Source: Isurus oxyrinchus
Taxonomy: Eukaryota
Reading direction: 5' to 3'
NCBI GenBank assembly: GCA_026770705.1
Contig: JANJGN010000121.1
Location: forward strand, 310,001 to 374,000
Length of the DNA stretch: 64,000 bases
In this document: positions 62,300 to 64,000 of the stretch, in pieces
Layout: each line of letters begins with the position of its first letter
Position numbering within the stretch: the stretch's first letter is position 1
Position numbers and translations under genes: made by a program
The notes under the pieces: model-generated
Database searches by the model: none
What the model was told of the DNA's origin: nothing
The model's input: the letters and a program-made list of their open reading frames with translations, nothing else

Positions 62300-63200
62300 A
62301 TGACCTTGTGAAGAGGGTGTAAGGAGGCTACAAATTGACAGAGAGAGGTTAAGTGAATGGGCAAAAAGTGCACAATGTGGGGAAATGTGAAATTGTCCAT
62401 TTTGACAGGGAGAATAAAAAAGTAGCTTATTATCTCAATGGTGAGAGATTGCAGAGCTCTGAGATTCAGAGGGATCTGGGTGTCCTAGTGCATGAATCAC
62501 AAAAGGTTAGTGTGCAGGAACAGCAGGTAATTCGGAAAGCGAATAGAATGTTATCATTTACTGTGAGGGGCATTGAATCCAAACGTAGGGAGGTTACACT
62601 TCAGTTATACAGGGGGCTGGGGAGACCACATCTGGAGCTTTGTGTTCAGTATTGGCCTCCTTATTTAGGGAAAGGTGTAAATGCATCAGGAGCAGTTCAG
62701 AGAAGGTTTATTGGACCAACACCAGGAATGGGCGGGTTGTCTTATGAGGACGGGCTGGACAAGTTAGACTTGTATCCACTGGCATTTAGAAGAGGAAGGG
62801 GAGACCTGATTGAGAGATTTAAGATCCTGAGGGGCCTTGACAGGGTGGATGTCGGGAGGATGTTTCCTCTTGTGGAAGAAGCTAGAACTAGGCGTCACTG
62901 ATTAAAAATAAGGGTTTGATCATTTATGACAGAGATGAGGAGAAAATGTTTCCTCTCAGAGGGTCGTGAGGCTTTGGAACTCTTCCTGAAAAGGCAGGAA
63001 ATAGAGTCTTTGAATATTTTTAAGGCGCAGCTCGATAGGTTCTTGATTCACAAAGGGGTGAAAGGTCATCAGGGGTGAGCAGGGAATGTGGGGTGGAGGT
63101 TACAATCAGGTCATCCATGACCTTATGGAAAGGTGGAACAGGCTCGAGGGGCTGAGTGGCCTCCTCCTGCTCCTCATTCCTGTGTTCGTATGTTTGTTTC
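62300..63200 (+). mobile_element. CR1 LINE 3' fragment
   Basis: ORF 62353-62901 contains YYLNGERLQSSEIQRDLGVLVHESQKV...LYRGLGRPHLELCVQYW. Confidence 0.9.
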
Positions 63201-63960
63201 ACCAAAAGCTTTGTCAAAGAGATCGGTTTTAAGGAGCGTCCAAACTGAATGTTTCAACACAGCCCAAAAACCAGGACAGTGATCCAGAGTGATCCAGTGT
63301 GGNNNNNNNNNNNNNNNNNNNNNNNNNNNNNNNNNNNNNNNNNNNNNNNNNNNNNNNNNNNNNNNNNNNNNNNNNNNNNNNNNNNNNNNNNNNNNNNNNN
63401 NNNNNNNNNNNNNNNNNNNNNNNNNNNNNNNNNNNNNNNNNNNNNNNNNNNNNNNNNNNNNNNNNNNNNNNNNNNNNNNNNNNNNNNNNNNNNNNNNNNN
63501 NNNNNNNNNNNNNNNNNNNNNNNNNNNNNNNNNNNNNNNNNNNNNNNNNNNNNNNNNNNNNNNNNNNNNNNNTCTAGGTGTGTATGTGTGCGTGCGTCTG
63601 TGTNNNNNNNNNNNNNNNNNNNNNNNNNNNNNNNNNNNNNNNNNNNNNNNNNNNNNNNNNNNNNNNNNNNNNNNNNNNNNNNNNNNNNNNNNNNNNNNNN
63701 NNNNNNNNNNNNNNNNNNNNNNNNNNNNNNNNNNNNNNNNNNNNNNNNNNNNNNNNNNNNNNNNNNNNNNNNNNNNNNNNNNNNNNNNNNNNNCTGCACT
63801 ATCGGGGGGTCAGTAGGAAGGGAGCTCTGCAATGTCAGAAGTGAATTTTTATCAATAAAAGCAGATGATCTATTGTTAAACAAACTGTAGTTTATGGGTT
63901 TTTACTGTGTACCATGTGGACTATAATGGCCAAATTAGAATAAAGGGTGTCTGTACTTAC

Positions 63961-64000
63961 CTTGTACAGTTAGTACGAGGGTCCGCTCCGATGAAACAGA
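63961..64000 (-). CDS. Gene D C2-set (domain 2) exon, 3' end only, truncated by the window edge
   Basis: SVSSERTLVLTVQ followed by G|gtaagt, matching the other domain-2 exons. Confidence 0.85.

Overview
Repeat-rich vertebrate genomic DNA, not prokaryotic. The CR1/L2 LINEs and GGGAGTGCTGCACTGTCAGAGGGTCAGTACT minisatellites suggest a shark or other cartilaginous fish (my inference). The window holds a head-to-tail, minus-strand cluster of Siglec-family genes (CD22/MAG/sialoadhesin/CD33-like). I reconstructed exons by hand from splice signals and phases. Right to left: gene D is partial (end of first C2 exon, neutral TM, duplicated two-exon cytoplasmic cassette ending TEYAQI). Gene C has a leader, V-set, C2, five tandem C2 repeats (two with TGA, one internally deleted), a neutral TM and a Tyr-rich tail ending SVYGNL. 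Gene B has two promoter/leader modules, a frameshifted V-set, C2 and an Arg-containing TM with a 13-aa tail. Gene A has one leader, TWO V-set exons (the first lacks the essential Arg, the second has an extra Cys), C2 and the same Arg-TM. The 5' exons of a fifth gene (E) run off the left edge. This looks like a paired inhibitory/activating Siglec-like receptor system built by 13-16 kb segmental duplication. Gypsy remnants, LTR-like elements, LINEs and minisatellites fill the introns. No expression or database evidence was available, so all gene models are predictions.
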